A stretch of 64,000 nucleotides of DNA from assembly GCA_951406725.2 (NCBI GenBank), contig OX597828.1:30628001-30692000 (forward strand), in the 5' to 3' direction. Below are positions 26,603-38,270 of this stretch, one piece after another. The position numbers and the translations under genes are program-made. The DNA is from Octopus vulgaris. Taxonomy: Eukaryota. The notes under the pieces were generated by a model. The model ran no database searches, had not been told where the DNA came from, and saw only the letters and a program-made list of their open reading frames with translations. The stretch's first letter is position 1; the number at the start of each line of letters is the position of its first letter.

Positions 26603-27000
26603 TATCAAGGCAAGCAGAGTTAGTGGTTATCATTATAAGCTTGAGAAAACTTACCCTGACACTAGTATGAATGCCATCATGAACACCAACATCAATAGCA
26701 ATACTTTGGACAACAAGGTCTTTACCACAAGAATTTTTAGAATTAGGAAAATGCCAGCATTTGACAGTCACCTCGAAGCACGTATTCATTTAAATACCAT
26801 TCTTTTTTACCCAAATTATGAATTTAGGTTCTACCGAACCTATATCAACCACCTATAACTTACACCATTTAAGCCATTCTTGTTTAATATTACCAACTAA
26901 CTCCTTGTAATAATGGCAGATATTTCATTCATGAGATTATTTGAGAAAACAGAGGATTTATGTATCCAACCACGATGTTATAACCCCTAAGAACTATTTC
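26600..27000 (+). mobile_element. possible decayed PLE GIY-YIG remnant
   Basis: Non-repetitive part of ORF 26454-26858 loosely resembles the GIY-YIG C-terminus; weak. Confidence 0.3.
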
Positions 27001-27799
27001 AAATTCTAATTTTATTTTTGATTTTAACTTTTATTTACTTTGTTTTATATTATCCCCCAGTTCCTTTTACACCTTGGATGTATTTGGTGGCACTTGTTGT
27101 AATGTGGACTTAATTCTCTACTAACTTATTGTTATTCTTCCACTTAAAATATTCTTTCATAGCCCTACCCACTTAACAACAACATTACACCCTGTAAGAT
27201 TTATTTTATTTCATTAAACCCATTGAACTGGTTTTGTGATTTTGCTTCGTCATGTACCTAGAAGGTAGAATTCTTTTAGCTACGTGCACACATTTATTTG
27301 TTTATCCATTACTACCGCCACTCGAATTCTATTTGCTATCTAGAATGCAATATCATATTTGACTATTCATTCATTTATTTATTTATTTATTTATTCATTC
27401 ATTTTTATTTATCTTTTGTTTATTTATTTATGTCGAAAGCTGCAGTAGGCCATAACAGTAAATAACAGCCTTCCCCCCACCGCAACATTTATTTACTTCT
27501 TTTTCGTCTTCTTTTTTCATTTATATTTCGTGTGCTTTCCGTTTCCAATGCTCAACTAAGTGACGCTCAGAACATTGTAGACTCACAAACAAAACTCAGT
27601 TTATATATGCATGTCTGTAAATGTATGTATATAAATATTTTTCAAATGCAATTAACAATTCATCAAATAGGGACAACGTTCAAATACAACGCAAAATTGA
27701 CATTCGATTCGTATATGCTGGATTGTGTAAGACATGATTAATCTGAATATTCAGTTTTATAAACGGTATCTGAAAGAACCGAGATGTAGTAACATAACA

Positions 27800-27970
27800 A
27801 CAGACTTGGTCTGAGATCGTGTGCTGAGATAAAAAACTATTGCAACGTGGAAGATGTTTGTAAGCCATTTAAGAACACACAAAACGCGTTAATTTCACTT
27901 CGACATTTAAATTTAATTTGTATCAAAATATTTTCGTCCTATTGAAACTACGACCTCTTCACTGACAAAA
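27800..27970 (-). mobile_element. solo pseudo-LTR homologous to 11500-11670, with hammerhead-like motif (27917-27969)
   Basis: Reverse complement shares cttaaatggctta.aaaca.cttccacg.tgcaa...cagcacacgatctcaga; motif UUUGUCA-GUGAAGA-GGUC...GAC-GAAAAUAUUUUGA. Confidence 0.75.
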
Positions 27971-28296
27971 CAGGTTGCAGGGAAACTACATGAAATTGTT
28001 TTTAAATATACTTACACGGTATTTAGTAAGAAACCAGAAAATGAGTCGCTTAGTCTGAAATGAAGGAATAAATTAACTATATGAATTATATGATATAAAT
28101 GAAAAAGTAAATATCTTCTTAGGGTATGATAAGTATTTTTTTTAATCACTCATGCTTAACTTTGAATGTAACTTTCAGTAATATTTGAATATATATTTTA
28201 AAAAGAATATGAAATTTATCTAATTTGCCATGCGCGAAATAGCGACCAAATAATTCTGCGTATGAATATATATATATAAAGTTAAAGTTTTATATA

Positions 28297-28340
<44 letters not shown>

Positions 28341-28374
28341 TAAGGTTTTATATATATGTATATATATATATATA

Positions 28375-30010
28375 TATACAGCCTTGGTTTGTCCCGTTTG
28401 AGACTATGAATAACTTGGATACCCCCGCTAGAGCTGACAGAAGTCGTCGTCCCTTGATGGAAAGAAATTATGATACTGAGCATCGTTTCTGGAACACGTA
28501 GCCAAGGACAACCGAGCGAGCATCCCAAAATATGATCTCGAAAGCTTCAGTAGATCTACAAAATTGACACAATTGTCTCGGTTGTGTTCACGAGGCTACT
28601 TCTGTGAGACTAATTCTGATTCCAAGATTAAGGAAACGTGCTCACACAAAATTTTCAGCGGGAGACAGTTACTCCCTTTATATATCTCGAGTGGTATGTC
28701 TTAGTTCCTAGACGCCTTTCCATTCGTAAGTTGTTTTATAGACTTTTTACTATTTCAGAATTTCATGGAGCAACTGACGGTTCTTCAAGGACAGGTCTTT
28801 GTAGTTGGTTGACGATCAGTTCTTAATGAACATCTTAGTCCCTATTCAGAACATTTGAAAAATGCTCAACCCAGCGCTTTGTGACATCCTTTTCATCTGT
28901 CAGAAGATTACCCTCAATTGAAACTATGTGAGTTGCGCTACCCGACACAGGTCCGAAAACACATTTTAAATTCTGTTAGAATGACCTGGAGTCACATCTG
29001 TCCGCAGCACTAGGAATTCTTGTGCCTTTCTTTGCCACCATATCTGTTTCATATGCCTCAGTTGTGATTGGCATGTATTCCTGGCCTTTTAAACTCATTA
29101 TGTTTTGTGGCATCATTTCTATTTGATATCCACTGGCAGTGGCACACGTGCATATTGTCCAAAAGAGGATAGATGTTTGGATCATATCAGTGAAAACAAT
29201 CTTCGTGCTTTCTCTTAACAGTGTTTCACAAGATGTCTCAAATACAATATTTTTGAAAGCTGATTCAAAATCGCTGTTGTGTGAGATGCTAGTAAGTTAC
29301 TTGTCACAGATTGTTTGAAATAAGATTAAATTGTTTTTGTTCCTCAACTTTGTCCGTTTTCCGAATTAGCTGAGTGCGATTGTTACGAATACGGCTGCGA
29401 ATAGTAAAACTCACCTTTGATGGTAGTAGTCTAAAACCAGAACAGCACTTTCAATATAGAAAGAACGTATAACTTGTATTTCTTCCCTCATGAACGAATT
29501 CAAAATTATGTAATTAATGATGTGATAATGGTTTGATAGGGGATATTTCCAAGTAGAATTGTAGTGGTTAGGGAGTTGGAAAATAGTGTTGGTAATTAAA
29601 AATCCATGCTCACTGCAAAGCAATAGTAGCAGATGGCCGTTTGGGTTTGCCTTGCCAACCTCATGCTCCCCTATTACGTCACCCCATATGGATGTATGTC
29701 GGCCTACACGTGAACTGAAATCCCCAAGGAGGAGAAGTTTATCATGGATGCAGACACCTCCCAACTGGCTACGTAGCACAAAGTTGAACTGCTCTTTGAC
29801 TACTTCATTTGAGTCCATGGTTGGAGAATAGCGGCTGAAAATAGTTGCATATTTGTTCTCGGCAATGCAGATGCACAATGACATCAATCTTTCACTAATG
29901 ACAACAGGCAGAGATTGAAGACGTTTCACCAAGTCATTCCGAATAGCAAACCCAACACATGCGTCTTTCTTTACTTCCTGAGGCTTACCCATCTAGAAAT
30001 AGTATGGGTT
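28375..30010 (-). mobile_element. RTE-like LINE, APE endonuclease + linker + partial RT, decayed
   Basis: ORF 29411-29992: VGFAI, YSPT, LLGDFSSRVG, TNTIF, TWKYP; RT-like FVDL and SNGTNQGC near 28380-28570. Confidence 0.85.
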
Positions 30011-30014
30011 CCCA

Positions 30015-31450
30015 TTTGCTAGAGGGATAACTGATATGATTTTCACAGCCAGACAGAAGCAGGAGAAGTGCTATGAGCAGAACATAGATCTTTTCCAGGT
30101 ATTCGTTGATTTAACCAAGGCTTTTGATACGGGGAATAGGGCCTTGTTATGGAAACTACTTGGAAACCTTGGATGTCAAGATCACTTTCTATCTATAATT
30201 AAATCATTTCATGAAGGGACAGAGGCTTGGGTCAATGTTGGTAGTGGCATGGCGCGACCCATTCCTGTAGAGAATGGTGTCAAGTAGAATGACATCATTG
30301 CACCAACCCTCCTTTTTTTAACTTTGCTGCTGCTTTTACTTATGTTTCTGCTATTTTTAGGGAATATATATCAGGTATCGCTCTTTTCGCCGTCCCTTTA
30401 ATCTGTGCCGATTTGCTGCCAATTCAAATGTATCCCAGTCTATTTTTCGTGGCCTCCTTTATGCAGATATCTGTGACTTACAGTGGATGACATAGAAATA
30501 CCTATGAATCGTTTCCTGCATCTTGCAAGGAATATGAACGCAGCATTAGCCTGGACAAGACGCCTGTCGTAATGCTCCAACATGCATCAGAAAATCCATA
30601 TGTGGAACCAGCTATATTGAATGAAGGAACAATTCTGAAAATCGCAGACAAGTTTGGCTACATGGGCAGCACATGCAGCCGTTCATGCTCCCAGGATGAT
30701 TAAATATCTTTCAGGCTGCAGAGAGCAACTGATTCCTTCCGGTCTCTTGAGTGTCGTGTCTGGTCCCAGCAACACAAAGCAAACTAAAATTGCTGTGTAC
30801 CGTACATGTGTACTATCATCGCTCCGTTACTCATGTGAGGCATGAAATCCTTTACAAACGTCATTTAAGGGTCCTTGAATGATTTTGTCAGAGATGACTG
30901 AGACATTCTGAATATTGGCTGGACCTTAAAAACTCTAGACACACAGGTCCTGAGGGTAGCTGATATATTGCGTATTGTGGCAATAGTGCACAAGCAATAG
31001 TTATGTTGGACTGAACACCTTGTTAGAATGAAAGGTAGCAGGATCCCTAAAGAGATGTATACGGAGGTCTTGTTAATGGAATGGAAAGAGACCCGGCAGA
31101 AACCAAGGCTGCGATTCAAGGACTGTGTCAAGTGCTCATTAAAGGCCTGTGATGTGCAGGTGACTGACTGGGAGACAATGCCTCTGATCGTGACAGATGA
31201 AGGAAGCAGGTGAAAAAGAGGGCGACGCCTTTGAGAAAGCACGTATTCTGCAGGACAAATTTAAGCGTACTGCTCCAAGCGCATGGAGAAAGCTTAGTTT
31301 GAAATGTTTGTAGTCAGGTATGCTTGTCAAGAGCAAGGCTCATCTTTCATAATGGAGCAACGAATGCAAAATATAAATTAGTCACAGAGCGCACAATGTT
31401 CCTGAAGGTCAGCAACAGTCTTCATCGGTCACAAGTGGACGACCATCATA
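30015..31450 (+). mobile_element. RTE-like LINE, RT to 3' end, decayed
   Basis: DMIFTARQ.QEKC.EQ...FVDLTKAFDT; LLYAD; VYRTCVLSSLRYSCE; RMKGSRIPK...PRLRFKD. Confidence 0.88.
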
Positions 31451-32446
31451 GGCATATATATTTATATACATACATATATAATTTATGTGTATATATATAT
31501 ATATTTATGCATATAAATGTATGTATCTATCTATGCATGCATGTATGCGGATGTAAAGAAATGCTATTCTTTATTGTTTTATCTACTTTCTGGCCCAAAG
31601 TTTAAAGGATACTTATTTTGCGTATACACACAGAAATGATATTGTTATACGGAACAGTATTCACATTAATGAAAGCTAAAATCAAAAAACTTACAGATTC
31701 AGTGCGGCTTTGCCAAGAGAAGCTCTGTAAAGGAAAAAATATAAAATATATAATAATCGAAATATAGAGAAATTTATGTATAGACACAGACAAATATGAC
31801 TAACTCAGTAGCACCTGGAAAAGTATTTTAATTAATTATTTCGCGGCACAATGGACCACTCAAGCAGAAGGTTGTTCTTGGCTGAAACATATCCAGGTGT
31901 AGCTGATTTATCTGGTATTTCCTACAGGATTTTGCTCAGGTACCGCTTGAGATATATAACGTTCCTCAAGTTATATATATATATATATATATATCAATTC
32001 ATTGAACCTTCATAAAGTACACTATTTAGATTCTTTCGTTCACTTATTTACCTTAAATTATTAAGTTGGAAACTCTATTTTTGGTAATAAATATGAAGTG
32101 AGTTATTATTTACTGTAAAATATGCATTCATTTATTTACCTTTTACATTCTAATGTCTTTGTTTCTTAACAGATTACTAAATAGCATGGTATTTTGAAAT
32201 TGGTAAAGATTATATTCTTTAAAAACTATTGTAGAATTAACTTTAACACGTGTGTGCGTGTGCGAGAGCGTGAGCGTATGTGAATGAGTATGTGTTTGTA
32301 TAATTGTGAAAGTATACAGAGCGCATTTAACTTCTATATTACATAACAAAGCATAACTCACATGTTGCGTTTGCTCCTGACTGATCGTTTTCGCCTGTTA
32401 AGGAACAAAAATAGCTGATTAATAAATCAAATATGACGGTAATTAA

Positions 32447-32528
<82 letters not shown>

Positions 32529-32613
32529 GCGAAACAAGGTGGAAAAAAGAGTACTCAAATACCAGAGGTAGAGTAATATGCTTTATTTTAAAGCAGCAGA
32601 AATATAACAAAAG

Positions 32614-32651
32614 CTGTTACTCAGAGTTTCACGTTCTCGTTCGTCGGACAA
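32614..32651 (-). ncRNA. minimal hammerhead motif (U4C)
   Basis: UUGU-CCGACGA-ACG-AGAA-CGU-GAA-ACUC-U-GAGU-A-ACAG; ~90 nt from a (TA)n tract. Confidence 0.65.
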
Positions 32652-32989
32652 TTTTGTTAACATGGAACAGAAATAACGATATGATCAAAACTAGTTAAAT
32701 GATATATCTTTAAAAATGGATTTGTTTCATTGGTCCTTTCAAATAACGGTTTTAAGCATGAATGTTTGTATATATTTAGTATTTTTTTGAAAGGACATGG
32801 TAAATTTTGATTTTATAAATTCCCCTTTCTTTACCTTAAAATGTTTTCCCCCTTACAAATCTTGAAACTTTGCCTTGCAATGAAAGCCGTTTTGATCTCC
32901 TTTTTAATTTTTCTTACACCCATTTATATTAAAATTTGCTTTTAGTTTAGCCTTATGCTTTACTATTATTTTTTCCTTTCTTATGTATA

Positions 32990-33282
32990 TATATATTTGA
33001 CTCTATTGAATGCATATCACCACTATGAACTACTACATCATACTCTTTAAACATATAGCATGGACTCGCTTTACTATATATGAATTTTTAATGTTTGACT
33101 CTATTGAATATTATATATGAATTTTTTTATATTTGATAGCATGAACTATCTTTTTTATGTATACTTTTTCTTTTTTTTTGATAAGCTTCGTCATTTCAAG
33201 AACCGAAACATGTTCAATAAATAATGTATATATAAAAATTAAAATTTGTCTAATATAGCAGCATTTTCAAACTTCATTTTTT

Positions 33283-33290
<8 letters not shown>
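32990..33290 (+). mobile_element. solo PLE 3' end with U3-A8 hammerhead-like motif (33172-33220)
   Basis: Homologous to 47800-48025; UUGAUAA-GCUUC...GAACC-GAA-ACA/UGU-U. Confidence 0.75.
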
Positions 33291-33321
<31 letters not shown>

Positions 33322-33322
33322 G

Positions 33323-33374
<52 letters not shown>

Positions 33375-33375
<1 letters not shown>

Positions 33376-33758
33376 TAGCAGTTTCACCCGGCGTTTCTCG
33401 GGTTTGTAAAGGAAATAACTATAAGGTATTTTTAGAGTTATAGCTAAAAAATAGCAAAAAAATGGAAAAAAAATTATGGTAAATTTTTTTTTTAGTTAAA
33501 AAGGTCGAGTTGCGTCTCCTAGACAGTCTATGGTTTGTGTTTCTGATTCTCGACCCCATGTCGAATTTATCGATTTTTTTCAGAACTGGGGGAACTTTTC
33601 AAAGTTTTCGCTGCGTTAGTTTTGAATTATGACATTGGGCTATGTGTGTATCAAGTTTCATCAGAATCGGTTGAAAGCCGTGGTCAGGGTGAGGGTACAA
33701 CCTAACAGACACACAGACACACACACAGACAAACTGCCGTTTATATATATAGAGAAGA
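33375..33758 (-). mobile_element. non-autonomous Helitron-like element
   Basis: Minus strand: 5' A|TC start, TG-rich repeat, subterminal hairpin cccg-agaaacgc-cggg, 3' CTAG|T. Confidence 0.75.
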
Positions 33759-34340
33759 TATATATGTATGTATGTATGTAAAATATATATATATATATAT
33801 ATATATGGGGTGGGTGGGTGGGTGCGCGCGTGTGTGGTAATGTTTGTTGCCACTTGAACATGACTGTTTCGTCCGGTAAAATGTTACTACTACATTTTAG
33901 CCCAGAATATGAGTACGGAATTCCTGAAGTATATTCACCGGCAGTATACCTCAACCGTGGATGACATCAGGTAGCCCAAACTGTGAACTTAATTTACTCA
34001 ATACACTGATTCTCAATTACCCATTAGTCCACTTTTAGATTTGAGACAATGGAAAAGATTATAACTCAGTTATGAACTGGGGATAACTCTAAGGGACATA
34101 AACTCAGATCTACGACGGTTCGAAACTTGTTAAACACTCATGAGTAAATAATACATATCATTCTTCTGAATTAATATATAATCCGTTGCCTGATGCTTAG
34201 AAAATTGTGCAGACAGCTCTTGTTCAGCTGGAAAACGATGTGGCAATCTAAACACTGCAAAGTTTTGAAATAAAATTTTATATGTGAACTTCAGTTAGAT
34301 TTGTAATTGTAATTTGATCCCAAACAATATAACTAATTAT

Positions 34341-34563
34341 ATACGGGTGGATGCTGAAAAGTCGGTGGTTTTGAAGGAAATCGTGAAAGTCCCGGCTGGA
34401 AGCCCAAAATTCCGAGTTCATTTTAACTGCTTAGAAAAACTGAAAGACCGCTGTAATAAGTGTGTGAGTCCCGGAGGGGAATTTGCTGAATAGAATCATC
34501 ATTAACTGATCCTCCTGGATTTTCTTTTCCCCGAATTCAAAAGCATTTCAGTACACTTTTGAA
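34341..34563 (+). mobile_element. mariner-derived short deletion derivative
   Basis: Decayed TIRs (atgctgaaaag / catttcagtac); encodes LEKLKDRCNKCVSPGGEFAE*, resembling a mariner C-terminus. Confidence 0.6.
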
Positions 34564-35024
34564 TTATGAACTCAACAAAAAAGAGAAGGTAATTCCATTG
34601 GTTGTGGAATTATGCACCACTAAATGTTATTTGGTTGTTGTCAAATTTCGAGAAATAAGATTTACCCTAATAATATTTATGCGATCAATAGTATGTGCTA
34701 CATAGATAATAATTAGAGTAAACTAACAAATCAACATAATAAAATTGCAATTCAAAATAGATTTAACGATACTGCAAAAGCATAGTCAGATTATTTCACA
34801 GATGACTTACCTTTTGGATTCTTTGGCATTGGTAAGAGTAAAAGGATCTGCAAAGGTATTCTGAAAACAATCCATAGCGTTTTTAAATGTGTTTGTTTCA
34901 TATTGTTTGAAGTGGTAAATCGGAAACAGTAGCAGGCGTTTTATATATCTGTGAACAAGGCATGAAATTTCAATTAGAACAATAACATGAACAATATGCA
35001 AATAAACACACACACACACACACA

Positions 35025-35072
<48 letters not shown>

Positions 35073-35130
35073 CATATATGGGGTGTGCGTATATATATTT
35101 ATATACACACATATGTATATGTATAAATAT

Positions 35131-35168
<38 letters not shown>

Positions 35169-35472
35169 GTATATTTATATATGTATATATATATATAAGA
35201 AAAAATTAAGATTCAGTCCGGTACTTATCCTCACAGCTCGACCTACGGTGAATAAAATCAGATTAAGTAACAGATATCAAGTCGTAATGCAGTACGAGCG
35301 TTTCAAGCGACTCTATTTATTTGAACAATGCAATCATTACATCAATTTACATAGAAAGCTATATTCATTTGCACAAAAATAAAGAATTCTATATTTTGTG
35401 GAGATAAAGATAGCTCTGCATTTCTAGATGCTGATGGTCAGGTGAAAAACCTTCGACGTTCGTGAGAAGTTA

Positions 35473-36736
35473 TTAGATTGTCAAGAAAGTTCTTGCAGAA
35501 TTGGTGTATTTCCAAATTAATTTTCGTCAAAATTACTTTGACTTTATATATCATTTTAAAGGCCATTTTCACTATATCTAATCCTGTTGCTCTCTTTCTT
35601 AGTAAATAATTAGGCCATTTTTCTCCGACCGTTGAATACATCAAGGACAAAAAGCAAATTTGTACAATTGTCTTATTCCAGTTCAAGCTAGGCCGAAAAG
35701 CTGCTGAAAAAGCTCACAATATCGACGATGCGTTTGGACCAGGAACCACTAATGGACGCACAGCACAATGGTGGTTCAAGAAATTCCGTAGCGGTGACAA
35801 GAGACATGAATACGATAAGCGTAGTGATCGGCCATCTGATGTTGACAACGATCAACTAAGAGCCTTAGTCGAATCCAATCCACGCACAATCTTTCGAGAG
35901 GTTGCTTCTGAATTAGATGTAATGTACACGACAATTTCCAACCACTTGAAAGAGATAGGAAAAGCAAAAATACTTGAGAAATGGGTGCCGCACGAATTGA
36001 ACCACAACTAAAAAGAAACGCCGTTTGAAGTGTCGTCTTCCCTTCTGTTACGCAACGAGAACGACACGCTTCTCAACCGAATTGTGACTTGTGATGAAAA
36101 GTCGATTCTTTACGACAACCGGCGACGCTCACATCGGTGATTGGACCCCGAAGAAGCTCCTCGGTAATTCTCGAAGCCAAATTTGCACCAAAAGAAGGTC
36201 ATGGGGACTGTTTGGTGGTCTGCGGCCGGTCTCATCCATCACAGTTTTTAGGATGCAGGAGAAACCATTACGGCTGAGAAGTACTGTCAGCAAATGGATG
36301 AAATACACAAGAAACTCCGACAACATCCAGCACTGGTCAATAGAAAAGGACCAATTATTCTCCACGACAACGCTCAGCCGCACGTTGTACAACTGACCCT
36401 GTATAAGTTGGACTTATTGGGATAAGAAACTCTACTTTATCCGTCATACTCACCAGATCTCCCGGCTACCGACTAACACTTGTTGACGCATCTCGATAAC
36501 TTTCTGCGCGAGAAATACTTCAAAAACCAAAACGATGCCAAATATGTCTTCAACGACTTTATCACCACCAGAAAGCAGGATTTGTACGCTACTGGCATAA
36601 ATAAACACGTTTCGCATTGGTAAAACTGCGTTGATTCTGATGGTGTTTATTTCGATTAATAAAGTTTTGTTTGAGCCGAGATATGTCCATCTGAATTTAA
36701 AGGTTAAATACCACAAGAACTTTCGTGACAACCTCA
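35473..36736 (+). mobile_element. mariner transposon, full-length, transposase pseudogene
   Basis: TIRs ttgtca.gaaagttcttg flanked by TA; WVPHEL, IVTCDEK, HDNAQPH, YSPDLPATD motifs with stops/frameshifts. Confidence 0.93.
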
Positions 36737-36749
36737 TAATTAGGATCCG

Positions 36750-38270
36750 TTGCATGTCCTCTGGTGTGAATGCTTCATGCCCCTAATCGTCTGTGTTTGC
36801 ACCAAAGTCTTACTTTTGCTTTAAAGCGCTTTTGGTTGTACAAGCCGCCACTACCGGTCTATACCCAAACTTTACTCTTTCTGTAAACATTCGAATGCTG
36901 TTTCCCACAGGACGGAGAAATACAAAATGAATTAGAGCGGGGCAAGTACACAGTCGTGTTTTGTATCATTTGAGACTGTGAATGAAACGAACATTTTCGC
37001 TCTTGATCTGACAGAAGCCATCATCCGTTGATAGAAAGATATGCTGACATTGAGGATCTTTTCGGGAACACCTAGCTATCAAAGGAAATCCAAAGAGCAT
37101 CCAATGCTACAGTGATGAAAGATTTAGTTCTACAAAAACGTCTCGGTCATATTCTCCAGCATTTTCCTGCCGTTTTCTTAGGTTGAAATTATATCCACTG
37201 TGTTTCTATCAGCAGCACTGAGATTCAAGAAACACTAAGCTGGCAGGAACATCTTTTAATTTGTTTAATAATAACCTACCAAGGATCTTCTCGGTAACAC
37301 ACAAAATGGAAATACTTCTTTGGTGGTAACATTCATATTTGCTGCCGTTAATCTTTGACTACTTCATTTAAATTCATGATTGGAGAATTGCAGATGAAAA
37401 TACTTGCATATTTATTTTTGCCAATGCAAACGTGCAACGACGTGAGTCTTTCACTAATGATAACAGAAGTTCCATCAAGTCCTTCCGAATAGCAAACTCA
37501 ACACAAGAGTCTTCCTTTACTTCTTGAGGCTTACCCATCTATACAAATATGTAGTAGTCCGCTAATCTAGTTTCTGAGAACTACTATTTCAATGTATTTT
37601 TATTCTTCAAGCGCTGGGCAACTAAAGCATTCCTACGTTCAGTTTTTCTTACTGTCCTGAAAAATTTTAAATTTCCAAGATGTAAAAAAAATGGGTTTGT
37701 TTTTTTTTACTTTTCTTTTCAATTTGATTTCGGTTCCGGTGCAGGTTTGGATTCCCAGTTATTTGCACGTTATGATAAGTAGCAATGAGAGTAAGCAAAT
37801 TTTTGCTTGCATTTTTTCTTGACCCCCTCCTACACAGAAGGAAGAGCTATCCTAAACACGACTGTTTTTTTTTTGCGAATGGCGGACACGAATTACACAC
37901 TTAGCATGAGATTTTGTGTAAAGCAGCTGCATACGCTTCATCACCTGTGTGTGATGTTCAAGCTCAGAAATGTCAGTGACATCCTTCACCTGTTCTCGTC
38001 GCTATCTCTTCATCGTTATAGTGTTGGGGGCGGGGTCAAAATGTTTGTGGTATTTACTGATATTATTTTGCTGAACTACCTGTACATGCATTTGTTTATA
38101 GTGTATTACTTGGGCAGGACAATGTACACTCTCTCCATCAAAAAAGCTTTACTTAGTACTGGTGCACAAAGTGAGACATGTCAGAGGTTAAGCCGATCGT
38201 AGATTTAAGATCAGAGTGGTCTTCTCCGAGATAGGTCGCTCTCAACATAGCTAAGAAGACTAAACTACCC
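36750..38270 (-). mobile_element. RTE-like LINE with 5' region, multiply deleted
   Basis: 37380-37545 homologous to 29790-30000 (tgaggcttacccatcta); RT-like ESQC and TVSNDTKHDC near 36950-37230. Confidence 0.75.

Noticed and set aside
32370-32410. Minus-strand stem enclosing GAAA...GUC
   Set aside because: The CUGANGA half and stem II are missing
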